From assembly GCA_964016885.1 (NCBI GenBank), contig OZ024740.1, forward strand, positions 27,404,001-27,468,000: a DNA stretch of 64,000 nt. The letters run 5' to 3'. This DNA comes from Eledone cirrhosa. Lineage: Eukaryota. Below, piece by piece: positions 37,454 through 51,816 of the stretch (positions are counted from its first letter, which is position 1; every line of letters begins with the position of its first letter). Made by a program: the position numbers and the translations under genes. Under the pieces are notes generated by a model. The model saw only the letters and a program-made list of their open reading frames with translations, was not told the origin of the DNA and did no database searches.

Positions 37454-37638
37454 GTTTCTACTTTTGGCACAAGGCCAGCAATTACCCAGTGTATTACTGG
37501 TACTTTATTTCATCGACCCCCGTAAGGATGAAAGGCAAAGTGAACCTTGCGGGATTTGAACTCAGACCGTAAAGAGACGCAACTATGCTGGAAAGCATGG
37601 CGTCCGACTCTCTACCGATACTGCCAATCCACCGCCCT
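37454..37638 (-). mobile_element. Full-length Deu/Nin-like SINE with 18-bp TSD
   Basis: agtagtagcaataataac at 37436-37453 and 37639-37656. Confidence 0.9.
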
Positions 37639-38282
37639 AGTAGTAGCAATAATAACATACAGGAATAACCATAGCAACAACTTATATTTAAAGAGAAGAG
37701 TGGGAGAAAGAAGTGGAGAGGAGGAGGAGGAGGAGGAGGATGAGGTGGTGGTGGTGGAGGTTGTGGTGATGGGGATCTTTAGCAAAATTCGATTTCCAGA
37801 AGAATTCGTTGTTACCATTCTGCTGTGTACGAGTGAATGCTTATAATTAACATCTCTCGTGTCTGTCGATATCCAGAGATGTCTGCGCTGGAATTCTAAT
37901 TCCTTACCATTGCTATCCAGTTGATTCAGACCTCTAGATGACTCATGCAACAATCCTCTCCACATCTCACATACTATTAGCACCACACATACATACACAT
38001 GCATACACACATGCATACACACATACACACATGCATCCATACACAAACACACACACGCCTTCTCTTTTTCAATCTATCTTTCTCTCCCATCACCTATCTA
38101 TCTGTCTAACTCTCTCATTCTCACTTAGTGCCTCTCTCTTTCTCTCTCTCACTCTCATTCTCACTTAGTGTCTCCCTCTCTTTCTCTCTCTCACTCTCAT
38201 TCTCTCTTAGTGCCTCTTCTTTCTCTCTCATCACCTATCTATCTGTCATTCACCCTACCTCTCTCTGTCTTTCTCCCGTCTC

Positions 38283-38415
<133 letters not shown>

Positions 38416-38449
38416 GTATATTTATAAAACACACACACACACACACACC

Positions 38450-38520
<71 letters not shown>

Positions 38521-38521
<1 letters not shown>

Positions 38522-38638
38522 ATTGTTTCTACTTTTGGCACAAGGCCAACAATTACACAGTGTATTACTGGTACTTTATTTTATCGACCCCGTAAGGATG
38601 AAAGTCAAAGTTAACCTTGGCGAGATTTGAACTCAGAA
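38521..38638 (-). mobile_element. Deu/Nin-like SINE, 5'-truncated
   Basis: Same family sequence. Confidence 0.8.
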
Positions 38639-39436
38639 TGGAGTATATATAATATATATGATATATATATGTATATTTCACTCTTTTACTAATTCTATGC
38701 TAGAAACATTAAGTACATCTCATGTCTCCCTAACTTTTGTTTTCTCTCTTAATCTCACTTTTTTTGGCAGTGTTTGTGTTGTTTTTTTTCTATGGATGTC
38801 TGTTTGTATGTGTGTAATTATTTTCTCTGTTTAGATATGTGCGTATGTGTAAAGATATGTGCTGAGCCTCGTCACCTGACCGCTTCGTACTCCGCATGCG
38901 GCAACCGTCGAACCCATTCAAATACAGAAGATGGCAGTTAAACGTGCTGATATTTCTTGGTGAGTACCTTGAAATCATGAAACAATTTACTGTTTCCGAC
39001 ATATCAGGCTTCGTCAGAGGTAAGGGATCCCATGAGCCAGCAAATGGATTTATACGGTCACCCAACCTGTTAGAAAGAACACTGCAATTCTCTGTCTTAA
39101 AATGGTATAGGCAATAATGTCTGTCATCGATTTACAAAAATATATATGATGGTCATGGCTGGTACTTCTTTTACTATAGGATAACTCAATCAAGGTTGAT
39201 CTGATTTTAACCACTGTAGCTCTTACTACCATTAATTGAGAGGTTCGATGTTTATTTTTCTAATATCTTGTGTAACCATATTGAGGATCGCTCTTGTTTC
39301 TTTACACAGGAATGTTTGGTGAAAGGGCCTCCGAGACTGGTGGGAAGGAGTAAGGAGATATCCGTTACCAAGAGACTTGGCTCAAAAGTGTGCAAGCGTG
39401 TTAGCACCATTAAAAGCGCCCAGATATGCGTTTCAG

Positions 39437-39712
39437 TGGATATGCGTAGCCGAGTGGTAAGGGTGTTGGACTTGCGATCATAATGTCTTGGGTTCGATTC
39501 CTGTTCTGGGTTCCATGTTGTTCTCTTGAACAAAACATTTCATTTCACGTTGCTCCAGTATACTCAGCAGAAAATGAATACCAGCAATAACTGGGGGTTT
39601 AACTCTGCCATGTACTGGGGTCCTGTCCAGGGGGAAGTATTTTACTCTCTGTCGCTTTACGCTATGAAACCGTGATAAGCACCGCCCTAACGAACCTTCT
39701 AGCTTAAGACAG
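39437..39712 (+). mobile_element. tRNA-derived SINE with CORE- and V-like segments
   Basis: tagccgagtgg A box, ggttcgattcc B box, ctcttgaacaaaacatt, ctgccatgtactggggtcctgtccagggg. Confidence 0.8.
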
Positions 39713-39774
39713 ACATTAGAGATGTCAGGCAATATGTGCTAAATCGGATTTAAGATTTAAGTCTACTAACCTAG

Positions 39775-40010
39775 AAAGACGTAGCGGAATTTGAACTGAG
39801 AACACAAAGAGACTGTAGAAATACCTCTCGGCATCTCGGCTGACGCTCTAACAATACTGCCAATCCACCACCATGGATATGTACTTTATTGTATCAACCA
39901 CAGAAGGATAGAAGACAAGGTTGACTATGGCGGGATTTGAAGTCAGGGCGCAAACGACTGGTAGAAATGTCGTAGGTATTTTTACCCTGCGCTCAAATGA
40001 CCGTGACAAT
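39775..40010 (-). mobile_element. Two decayed Deu/Nin-like SINE pieces
   Basis: gcggaatttgaact and ggcgggatttgaa B-box remnants; ctgccaatccacc head. Confidence 0.55.
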
Positions 40011-40455
40011 ACGGTAGGGTATTATGTGGGGAGCATTTGGCTGCTATTTCTATTTCTATCAGATCAGAAGACCACTTTGTGGACCATTCGTTGTCGCGTA
40101 GCAATTGACACGTTTATAGGGCATGGTATTTATAAATTACAGGGAATGAATCAGAGGTGAGTTCTGATCAATGCGAGGGTTAAGACTGTTGAAAGAACTG
40201 ACTAATTGGGGGTTGGGGAGAGATGACCACTATCTCTAAGATAAACCACATAGCCCATGCTCCTAGCACTGGTGACAGAAGGAATTTCTGGTGTTGTGAG
40301 ATCAATATTGGGCAACATACATGCTGCTTGACTCATAATTCATTCCATTTCCACATCGTGCTTGGTGAAAGAACTCAAATATGAATGATTTTATTTTAGA
40401 ATTCCGTCACTGAATTCCTTGTTTGGCAACATATATACATATACACATATATACA

Positions 40456-40539
<84 letters not shown>

Positions 40540-40555
40540 TACATATATACATATT

Positions 40556-40627
<72 letters not shown>

Positions 40628-40788
40628 AATACATAAATACATAAATGCATACATAGATGCAAACATACATACAAACATGCAAACATACGTACATACATAT
40701 GTAGGCATATATACACACATACATACACATATACTTAATTAATATATACTTGCATACGTACTTATGTATGCATGTATGTACGTATGTG

Positions 40789-40822
<34 letters not shown>

Positions 40823-41354
40823 TTTGAATATACATATGCACATATAAAGCTAAATGTGTGTGTATGTATTCGTGAATGTGCATTGATATAAGCCAGTGAG
40901 CATATATGTGTATGCATGAGCATATATGTGTATGCATAAGCATATATGTGTATGCATGAGCATATATGTGTATGCATGAGCATATATGTGAGCGAGCGCA
41001 TATGAGCACACATACACAGGCAAAGAATTGGTTTAGGGTGTAGCATGACAGACTTTGCTAATCTCGAATATATGTTACACATCTCATCCCTGGTGCTGAA
41101 CAGTGTCCACAAGAAAGTTAGCTATGTATGACTCATCCCATCTATCTGTCAATAGAATCCACAAGGAATGGAAGTCTAGATCTGTAGCCAGGCGAACAGC
41201 TATAAATTGATGTTTCTTTAGCTTAAATATCGACAAGGAGGAGATTTACATGGATAAAGATGGGTTTCAGTTCACTGACTTGTCCTGTATACATACATAC
41301 ATATATATTTATATATATATATATATAAACACACACACACACACACACACACAT

Positions 41355-41409
<55 letters not shown>

Positions 41410-41517
41410 TGTATGTGTGTGTGTGTGTGCGTGTGTACATATAGGAGGACTCTACCCCAAGACCCTCTCAGGAATAAGTTCACGAAGAAAATATCCATAT
41501 ACACACATATATATGTG

Positions 41518-41569
<52 letters not shown>

Positions 41570-41573
41570 TACA

Positions 41574-41661
<88 letters not shown>

Positions 41662-42975
41662 ATTATATACATATATACATGTATATAAAACTATATACAT
41701 ATACACATGTATATGTAATTATATACATGTATACATATATATATGTATATATGATTATATACATATATACATGTACATACGTGCATACACACACACACAT
41801 ACACACAATATATAATAATTTGATTTTAAAAATAGGTGGTATGATTACAATATCATTAAAAAATACGTGGGAGAAATAGAGGAAACAGGAAACACGGAAA
41901 AGACAGGCACATGGACAATTCCTGCTCATCAGCTGATCTCTGGGTATAATTATAGTTGCGGTAGCTTTATGAAACAGGACCTAAGACCGCCGGTATATCA
42001 ATAGAAACCATGGAGTTTTTGATGGACAACTATTTGGGATGAAAATACAACACGCGTTGGACGTATGTAGTTATTTCTACTTGTATTGTTTGTATGTTTT
42101 TTGTCCAACGTCCGTTGTGTTTTCATCCCGAATAGTTATCCATAGATTGAAGTACCATGTAGCCATGATCGCCATTGTAATATGTATCACAGTTTTAGGT
42201 ATTTTGAAAATCTATATCTGATCTTCGCAATGATTTTTCTTATACAGATACTCCGTTACAGACTTCCAAGAAAACATATGATCTCGAAATATTCAAATCT
42301 AATTGCCTCATCATTTACTGATCGTTGGTTTGCATACACACGCGTGATTGGTCATTATTTTTAGCTTAAGTATATATGTATAGGAAGATAAATACCAACT
42401 GCGACTCCTGGCGGTTTCGGCTTGTATTCGACAAGCCTTTCAACGGTGTACCATCCTTTTACCAACTCTGGTTCTTCCCATGTATCGAGTACTACCATGA
42501 TTTGCGGTCTCCTCAATAACACAGACACCAACTATGTATGTATGTATGTATGTATGCATGTGTGTATATATATATATAAATATATATGTATATACACACA
42601 TATATACGTGCATACATAGTACTTTTTTTCCCCTTGGGAGTGAAAGGCCCCCAGTTATTGTCACAACACATTTTTAAGAGAGGGAAACTCTGAAAAAAAA
42701 CCTGCGGTTTCGGAAGCATCCGATGATGTTGACAAGTTCTACTTTTCGGGTAGTCTGTTTGGTGCTCAGAGAGTGGGATTGGTCGAGTGCAAGGCGTTTG
42801 TCCACTTTAAAAAACCTTCAAAGCACAGGCATTGCTTGTTCAGGTTATGTTACAGGTTTGTGTGGCTGGCCGTAGCCTAAACGTCCACCATTTTCTGTAA
42901 TCTGACAAGCGATAGCAGTACTCTTAGCAGAGTTTGCAGCCATCATACACACACACACACACACGCACACACACG

Positions 42976-43016
<41 letters not shown>

Positions 43017-43017
43017 G

Positions 43018-43069
<52 letters not shown>

Positions 43070-43551
43070 CACACACACACATATATATTTATATATATAT
43101 AAAATAATATGGTGCCTTTGTTAGAATAAGTTGAATACAAAATGGAGAATATTTATGACAGTACTATGTATCAATAATGAATTATGTGTGTATATTTATA
43201 GTTAAAAGATACCACATGATCAAGAATAGCATCATAATATTGATTCTACTTAAAATCTGCTCAACTTCAATACGACTCAAGTCATTATGCCATTCACTTC
43301 TAAGCATAAGCTTCTTAATAGTGTCTAAATATACAGACAATTATACGGGCTTGCATTGAAAGTTCACATAAAACTTATAAAACCCTCCATACAGCGGCGA
43401 AACAATGAATCTACACATAGAAAGTTCTATGTGTATCTTTCAACCTACCTAGATACATATATACACACATGCTCTACGGTTCTTATATATTTGATATATA
43501 TTTATCCTTATGGAGCACTCTTTGGATTTTAGTATTGAAATTTATTATTAT

Positions 43552-43598
<47 letters not shown>

Positions 43599-43610
43599 TT
43601 GACGGAACTA

Positions 43611-43800
43611 TCATCATCATCATCATCGTTTAACGTCTATCTTCCACGCTAGCATGGGTTAGACCGGAGTTGTCCCACTTGAATAGGACTATCTGGCAGG
43701 TTTTCTAGGGCTGGAAAACCTGCCAGATAGTCCTACTCGAGCGAGACAGGGTCACCCGACCAATCTTGCCTCAAGTGCGACCACTCCGGTCATATAATAG
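43611..43800 (-). mobile_element. Rearranged RTE 3' end with internal inversion and 13-bp TSD
   Basis: (ATC)n tail + tttaacgtc..ttccacgct; taggactatctggcaggttttc / gaaaacctgccagatagtccta; TSD gttgacggaacta at 43598-43610 and 43801-43813. Confidence 0.8.
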
Positions 43801-45276
43801 GTTGACGGAACTAGCATGTGTATCACTGCTAGGACCGGTTGAATCTCAGCCTACTCAATAGGTAATGTTAAATAAACTCCCAGAGAATACACATAGTTAT
43901 TCGCTTCAATACAACACACGTAAACGGCTACCATCAATTGTTCCCGAACTCGAGTTTCAGCCACACTCAATGCAGCAATAGAGTGCACTGCAGCCTTATA
44001 TACAAACCATATATGCTATGCCGGTCTACAAGTCAATCTGGCGCATAGGTCGACCCCTAACATTCTGAAGTATAATTAAGGTGTCTGACCATATTCGCCG
44101 GATAAAACGACCCCCAAAATATAAGGCAATGCCATCTCCCCAGCCCTAAATGGGCTTGCCATTCTTTATTTGCACAAAATATAAAACATGGAAATAAACA
44201 CTAAATAGTTGTAATGTGAAGCATGTGAAGAAAATACAATTAGTGAAATTTATTTTGAATATAACAAAATGATTTAACTGAACTGTTTTATTAGTAACCA
44301 GCATGTTACCACATATACGCGGTAATTTTAAAAACCTAAAAATTCATTATCCTCATCTGAGATAAGCATCAAAGTTTAGTCGGTCTGAGTATGATTACAT
44401 AGCGATACATTTTTACTTTTGGCCATTTTTATTTCGTGGTGAAATTACCGTAGTTTTTCCAATAGTTTAGACAATTCTAAAACATTTTATTTCACGTTAC
44501 TCCAGTTTACTCAGCTGTAGAAATGAGTTGTGGCGTCACTGGTGCCAACTGAATCAGCCATTGCCTTTCCATTGGACAACATCGGTGGCGTGGAGAACAA
44601 TATCGGTGACGTGGAGAACAAAATTGATGACGTGGAGAACAACATCGTTGGCCAACGTGCTTAAATTAAACATTGTTATATTTTGCTTTTAATGATTAAA
44701 ATATATATATTTACTTCTTTATATATTTAGTTCCTGCTATTCATATGAGGTATTCATGCCAATTATATTCAGGACAAGAGTCATAAAAAAAAATTATTTG
44801 ATCCGGAAAAAGTTTGATAAGACTTGGTTTATGTCACTGAGCATACGGACGGACTGAGATTTTGTTGGCTGAATGAAGGTGACAAGTGTTATTCTGCTAA
44901 CAGCCCATCTTGGTATCGACAGGTTTTCTGAGTAGCCAAGCGGAAATATATAATTTATTTTCTTCCAATAGTATTCAGTAATCATTCTTCCATTTGTCGC
45001 TATTACCACCAGTTTCACATATCTTTAATCTTCTCTTAACAGTCAACCATTTTTCCTATAATAATTTGACTCTAGATCAATGTATTGAGTACTTTCATTA
45101 AAAAATGTCTGCTGCTATTGATTACACACATACACACATCTATACATATATATATACAAATATATATATACAAATATACACACACGCACATATATATATA
45201 TGTATACATTTGTTATATATATATATTTGTTATATATACAGTATATATATTTATGTATATATTTGTTATATATACA

Positions 45277-45380
<104 letters not shown>

Positions 45381-45445
45381 TAAATATATTATATTATATA
45401 TATGTATATATATAATATATATATATTATATATAAATGTATGTAT

Positions 45446-45512
<67 letters not shown>

Positions 45513-46034
45513 AATCATTGAATTTAATCAGTACATGTACAGATGTGTGTATGTATATATATATATGTGTGTATGTATGAACGCATGCATGTATTGCATA
45601 CACACGTGTGCTTCCGTGTGTGCATGTGAATGTGTGTGTACATGTGTGTGTGTGTGTTTATGCGTGTGTGTTTGGATGCTTGGTAAATATCGGTTTATAG
45701 GCGAAAGCAAACCACAGGAGATATAGTGAGAGAGGGTGAGGAGAATAGAAGCAAGTGGAATAGCTGGGGGGGGGGGGGGGCTATTAGTTGTAAGTTGAAG
45801 AACAGGAACAAGAGAGGAGAGTTTGGATGGGTGGGGGCAGCAGGGTGTGGGTGGGTGGGGGGCACCAGACTCGCCATTGTTGATGGTAGTGGTCTGGGGT
45901 GCTTGGAAATATTCCAAGATTTCAGCAATTCATGGAATTGGTAAAATATCAGGGTTTGTTTGGATGTGTGTATAAATATGTGTGTGTCTATGTGTGTGAA
46001 GATGAGTCTGTGTATATGTAGCTTATATGCACTA

Positions 46035-46071
<37 letters not shown>

Positions 46072-46886
46072 GTGTCTGCGTTTGTTTGAATGTGTGTAGA
46101 AATATGTGTGTGTATGTGTGTGTATCAGTGCTTTTGTATGTTGCATTTGCGTGTGTGCATGTTTGTGCCAACTTTAGTATGTGTGTGTTTGTGTGTATCA
46201 GTGTGAGTATATGTGTGTGTGTGTATCTGTGTGTGTGTGTTTGTACTGTGTTTGTTTGTATGTTTGTCATGTGTGTGTGTCTGTGTGTGTATGTGCGTGT
46301 GTGTGTCACTGTTTATGAATGTATATGTATGTCTGTTTTGTGAGAAATCATTATGAGCGTTTGCATGTTTGTGTGTGTGTGTGCCTGTGTGTGTTTGTCT
46401 GTTTGTGTGTGTGTGTGTGCGTGCCTGTGTCATTGTGTGTGAGTGTGTGTGCGTGCCTCTATGTGTGTGTCTGTGTGTGACTGTGTGTGTATGTGTGTGT
46501 GTGTTTGTGTTTGTGTCTGTTTTTGTCTGTGTGTGTCTGTTTGTGTTTGTGTCTGTTTTTGTCTGTGTGTGTGTGTGTGTGTGTCGATGGTAACGGAAGG
46601 TTTGCTGAAGACGGTGGACTGGAGTTTGTTGGACATGAGAATGAGAGACAAGGATGGGGGAGGGGCGACCAATCGATAGATTGTGTAAAAGGGGATGTGG
46701 CGGGTATGGTGGGGTGTGGTCGGAGGGGGCACGGGTGAGTTAATAGTGAGGGGGAATAAGAATAGAGGAAGGAGGGAGAAAGGCAGAGAAAAAAGAATGA
46801 ATAGAAAAGAAAGAAATTGAAGTGGTCGGGGAGAGAAGAAAGATGGACAGGTCTGGGAGACAGGAACGAAATGAAGGAAGGCCACG

Positions 46887-46918
<32 letters not shown>

Positions 46919-47209
46919 AAGAAGAAGAAGAAGAAGAAGAAGAAGAAGAAGAGAAAGAGGAAGAGAAAGATGATGGAGATGGGGAGGGAGGGGAGAAGAC
47001 GAGGGGAAAGAAGAAGAAGAAGAAGAAGAAGAAGAAGAAGAAGAAGAAGAAGAAGAAGAAGAAAGGATATTCTTAATATGAAGAAATAACTTATGAAGAA
47101 TGAATGAAGATGAGGAAAGGAGTTGAAAAGGAGAGAGAGAAAAAAAAGAAGGGAGGGGAGGTGAAGAAAGAGTGAGGGAGAGAAAGGAAGGGAGGGGAGG
47201 TCAAGAAGG

Positions 47210-49222
47210 AGAGAGAGAAAGAAAGGAAGTGTGTGAATGAAGAAGGGGAGAGAGAAAGAAAGGAAGGGAGAGTGTGAATGAAGAAGGAGAGAGAGAAAGA
47301 AAGGAAGGAAGAGTGTGAATGAAGCAGGAGAGAGAGAAAGAAAGGAAGGAAGAATGTGAATGAAGAAGGGGAGAGAGAAAGAAAGGAAGGAAGAATGTGA
47401 ATGAAGAAGGGGAGAGAGAAAGAAAGGAAGGGTGAGTGTGAATGAAGACGGAGAGAGAGAAAGAAAGGGAGAGTGTGAATGAAGAAGGAGAGAGAGAAAG
47501 AGAGGAAGAAGAGTGTGAATGAAGAGGGAGAGAGAGAAAGAAAGGAACGGAGAGTGTGAATGAAGAAGGAGAGAGAGAAAGAAAGGAAGGGAGAGGGGGA
47601 ATGAAGAAGGAGAGAGAGAAAGAAAGGAACGGAGAGTGTGAATGAAGAAGGAGAGAGAGAAAGAAAGAAAGAGGGAGAGTGTGAATGAAGAAGGCGAGAG
47701 AGAAAGGAAGGATGGAAGAGGGTGAATGAAGAAGGAGAGAGAGAAAGAAAGGAGGGAGAGTGTGAATGAAGGAGAGAGAGAAAGAAAGGAAGGGAGAGTG
47801 TGAATGAAAAAGGAGAGAGAGAAAGAAAGGAACGGAGAGTGTGAATGAAGAAGGAGAGAGAGAAAGAAAGGAAGGGAGAGGGTGAATGAAGAAGGAGAGA
47901 GAGAAGAAAAGGAGGGAGAGTGTGAATGAAGAAGGAGAGAGAGAAAGAAAGGAAGGGAGAGTGTGAATGAAGAAGGAGAGAGAGAAATAAAGGAGGGAGA
48001 GTGTGAATGAAGAAGGAGAGAGAGAAAGAAAGGAAGGGAGAGTGTGAATGAAGAAGGAGAGAGAGAAAGAAAGGAAGTGAGAGTGTGAATGAAGAAGAGG
48101 AGAGAGAAAAAAAGGAAGGGAGAGTGTGAATGAAGAAGGAGAGAGAGAAAGGGAGGGAGAGTGTGAATGAAGAAGGAGAGAGAGAAAGAAAGGAAGGGAG
48201 AGTGTGAATGAAGAAGGAGAGATAGAAAGGGAGGAAGAGTGTGAATGAAGAAGGAGAGAGAGAAAGAAAGGAACGGAGAGTGTGAATGAAGAAGGAGAGA
48301 GAGAAAGAAAGGAACGGAGAGTGTGAATGAGGAAGGAGAGAGAGAAAGAAAGGAAGGGAGAGTGTGAATGAAGAAGGAGAGAGAGAAAGAAAGGAAGGGA
48401 GAGTGTTAATGAAGAAGGAGAGAGAGAAAGAAAGGAATGGAGAGTGTGAATGAAGAAGGAGAGAGAGAAAGAAAGGAAGGAAGAGTGTGAATGAAGAAGG
48501 AGAGAGAGAAAGAAAGGGAGAGTGTGAATGAAGAAGAAGAGAGAGAAAGAAAGGAAGGGATAGTATGAATGAAGAAGGAGAGAGAGAAATAAATGAAGGG
48601 AGAGTGTGAATGAGGAAGGAGAGAGAGAAAGGAAGGGAAAGTGTGAATGAAGAAAAAGAGAGAGAAAGAAAGAAAGGGAGAGTGTGAATGAAGAAGGAGA
48701 GAGAGAAAGAAAGGAAGGGAGAGGGTGAATGAAGAAAAAGAGAGAGAAAGAAAGGAAGGGAGAGTGTGAATGAAGAAGCAGAAAGAGAAAGAAAGGAAGG
48801 GAGAGTGTGAATGAAGAGGGAGAGAGAGAAAGAAAGAAAGGGAGAGTGTGAATGAAGAAGGAGAGAGAGAAAGAAAGGAAGGGAGAGTGTGAATGAAGAA
48901 GGAGAGAGAGAAAGAAAGGAAGGGAGAGTGTTAATGAAGAAGGAGAGAGAGAAAGAAAGGAATGGAGAGTGTGAATGAAGAAGAGGAGAGAGAAAGAAAG
49001 GAAGGGAGAGTGTGAATGAAGAAGGAGAGAGAGAAAGGGAGGGAGAGTGTGAATGAAGAAGGAGAGAGAGAAAGAAAGGAAGGAAGAGTGTGAATGAAGA
49101 AGGAGAGATAGAAAGGGAGGAAGAGTGTGAATGAAGAAGGAGAGAGAGAAAGAAAGGAAGGGAGAGTGTGAATGAAGAAGGAGAGAGAGAAAGAAAGGAA
49201 GGGAGAGTGTGAATGAAGAAGG
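47210..49222. repeat. ~41-bp purine-rich minisatellite, roughly 50 copies
   Basis: Unit ggaagggagagtgtgaatgaagaaggagagagagaaagaaa. Confidence 0.95.
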
Positions 49223-49929
49223 AATGTAAGAAGAAAGTATTAGTATTGTTGGTCAGATGTGATGAGGTAGGCGTTCAAAAGCCTTCCAACTACGACCATC
49301 TAGACTGTGTGTTTGTATGTGGGTGTCTGTGTCCCTGTGTGTGGGCGTTGTGTGTGTTTGTGTGTGACTGTAGGCGTTGTTTGTGTTTGTGTGTGTGTAT
49401 GTTTGTGTGTGTACGTGTGTGTGTAACTGTGGGAGTTGTGTGTGTTTGTGTGTGTGTATGTTTGTGTGTGACTGTGGGCGTTGTGTGTGTTTGTGTGTGT
49501 ATATGTTTGTGTGTGACTGTGGGCGCTGTGTGTTTTTGTGTCTGTATATGTTTGTGTGTGATTGTGGACGTTTGTGTGTGTGTATAAGTTTGTATATATT
49601 TGTGCGATTGTGTATGTGCACGATTTATATGTGTGTGTGTATGTATGTGTGTGCGTGCATGTATGTTTTTGTGTGTGTGTGTGACATTTAGTACAACATT
49701 CCTGAAAGTGTGTGTGTGTGCAGTATGGCCGAATTTTTTACAAGTTCGCTTCACTACCACATTATTTTGTGTTCGGTCCCACCATGTAGCATCGTGTGCC
49801 AATGTCATATACCATAGAGACCCGTTTGAGCTATGATTGTCACTGAAATCGAGTAGATTAAAAGAATTTAGCGCTCCATCCGATGACCTGCAGCTGTGTC
49901 CCAGGGCCGGATTTAATGGGGGGTAAAGT

Positions 49930-50200
49930 GTGAAGGCGCATGGCTTAGTGGTTAGAGAATTAGGTTTGCAATCGAAAGGTTGTGAGTTCAAATCTCGTAC
50001 CGGGTGATGTGTTGTTTCCTTGAGCAAGACACTTTATTTCACGTTGCTCCAGTTTACTCAGCTGTAGAAATGAGATGATAGGGACTGGGGTCCCTATCAT
50101 TAAAATTACACAAGACACCTCCAACGAGACATACGTTGGGGGAGGCCAGCTAAACCTGCATAGGTGTGCGCTGTTACACACACATAGATGAGAGCTGTCA
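49930..50200 (+). mobile_element. tRNA-derived CORE-like SINE
   Basis: Same family as 30930, including the tgatagggac/gtccctatca hairpin. Confidence 0.85.
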
Positions 50201-50564
50201 AACACAGAAAGTGGACTGGGAAGGGCTCTCCGAGACGGCCGTAGCAATTTATTTGTGATATCACCTGGGATTTTAAGTTTTAGGAAGGTCAGAATTTCTA
50301 AGTTTAATAACTGTAAGTATAACTTTCTTTCATTTTCAATTACTTTATGTAATTTCTTTTGAGTGTGTGTGTGGGGGGGGGGCGGTAATAAGGTTGCTGT
50401 GTATTCTATATTTTTGTGGAAGAGGTTCCCCTTAAACCTGTGCCCGCCTCCAAGTTCTAACTCCATACTTGCTGTGTCCCGGTGAAACTCCATGAGAATT
50501 ACGTTAGGTGTACACGTGTCAGTGGAATGCTCAGTCACTTGTATACTAATTCCAGAGGCTTGTT

Positions 50565-50822
50565 TTTCTAATGTATGGTTTAGTGGTAAGTGGCGGGGGG
50601 TTCTAATGTACGGTTTAGTGGTAAGGGGTGTTGTTCTAATGTATGGTTTAGTGGTAAGGGGGGTTCTAATGTATGGCTTAGTGGTAAGGGGGGGGGGGTT
50701 CTAATGTATGGCTTAGTGGTAAGGGGGGTTCTAATGTATGGTTTAGTGGTAAGAGGGGTTCTAATGTAGGGTTTAGTGGTAAGGGGGGGGGGGGGTTCTA
50801 ATGTATGGTTTAGTGGTAAGGG
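50565..50822 (+). repeat. Tandem array (~8 units, 29-37 bp) of a SINE A-box segment
   Basis: ttctaatgtatgg(t/c)ttagtggtaag(G)n; the last unit runs into a SINE body. Confidence 0.85.
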
Positions 50823-51030
50823 TGCTAGACTTAGGATCATGAAATTGATCCTGTATTGGTTTGTGTGTTGATTTCTTAAGCAAAACACTTCAATTCACGT
50901 TGCTCCATTATACTCAGCTGAATATTAGTACCAACAATAGATGAAGGTTTAACTCTGCGATGGATTGGCGTCCTGTCCAGGGGTGATTTGTACTCTCAGT
51001 CACTTCAGGCCACGACAAGCGATGTAAACA
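50806..51030 (+). mobile_element. CORE/V-like SINE with damaged B box
   Basis: ttcttaagcaaaacacttcaattcacgttgctcca...ctgcgatggattggcgtcctgtccagggg. Confidence 0.75.
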
Positions 51031-51627
51031 CCGTTTTGGTAAGATTCCAGGCTCGAAACAAACTTTAGACTTTCAGTTGTTCTGGAACTGACAATGTGGA
51101 AACTGTGATTTGTTGGCTGCTGATTTATCCCTTCACACACACATACATATATACTAACACACACATACACATACACATGTACTAACTCACACATACATAC
51201 ACATGTACTAACTCACACATACACATGTACTAACTCAAACACATGTAATAACTCACTCATGCATACTCTCACACATACACATATTCTAACACACACACAT
51301 ACATATACACATACCCTCATTCACACACACATACACATAATATCATACATACACATATATTCACTCACGCATATACACATACCCTCATTCACACACACAC
51401 ACATATACATACTTTCACCCATACACATATAGTCGCTCACATACACATGCACACACACATACACCCACTCACACACATACACCCATTCACACACACACAC
51501 ACATACGCATACAGCCATCCACACACAAACACCCACTCACAAAGATACACATACAGCCATCCACAAACATATCCACACAATGAGGCAATCTATCGTTACA
51601 CATATCCACTGGCCAGTTGTCTAACAT

Positions 51628-51816
51628 AATTGTTTCTACGTTAGGCACAAGGCCAGCAATTACCCAGTGCATTACTGGTACTTTATTTTATCGAACCCGT
51701 AAGGATGAAAGGCAAAGTTAACCTTGGCGGGATTTGAACACAGCATGACAAGGGCCGTAACTCTATGCGTCAAAGCATGGCGTCCGACCCTCTACTGATA
51801 CTGCCAATCCATCGCC
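51628..51816 (-). mobile_element. Full-length Deu/Nin-like SINE with TSD
   Basis: gccagttgtctaacataat at 51612-51630 and 51814-51832. Confidence 0.9.

Noticed and set aside
41893-41935. Minus-strand CTGATGA-GCAGG...CCTGT
   Set aside because: A helix II is possible but it is followed by CTTT rather than GAAA; cannot be called.
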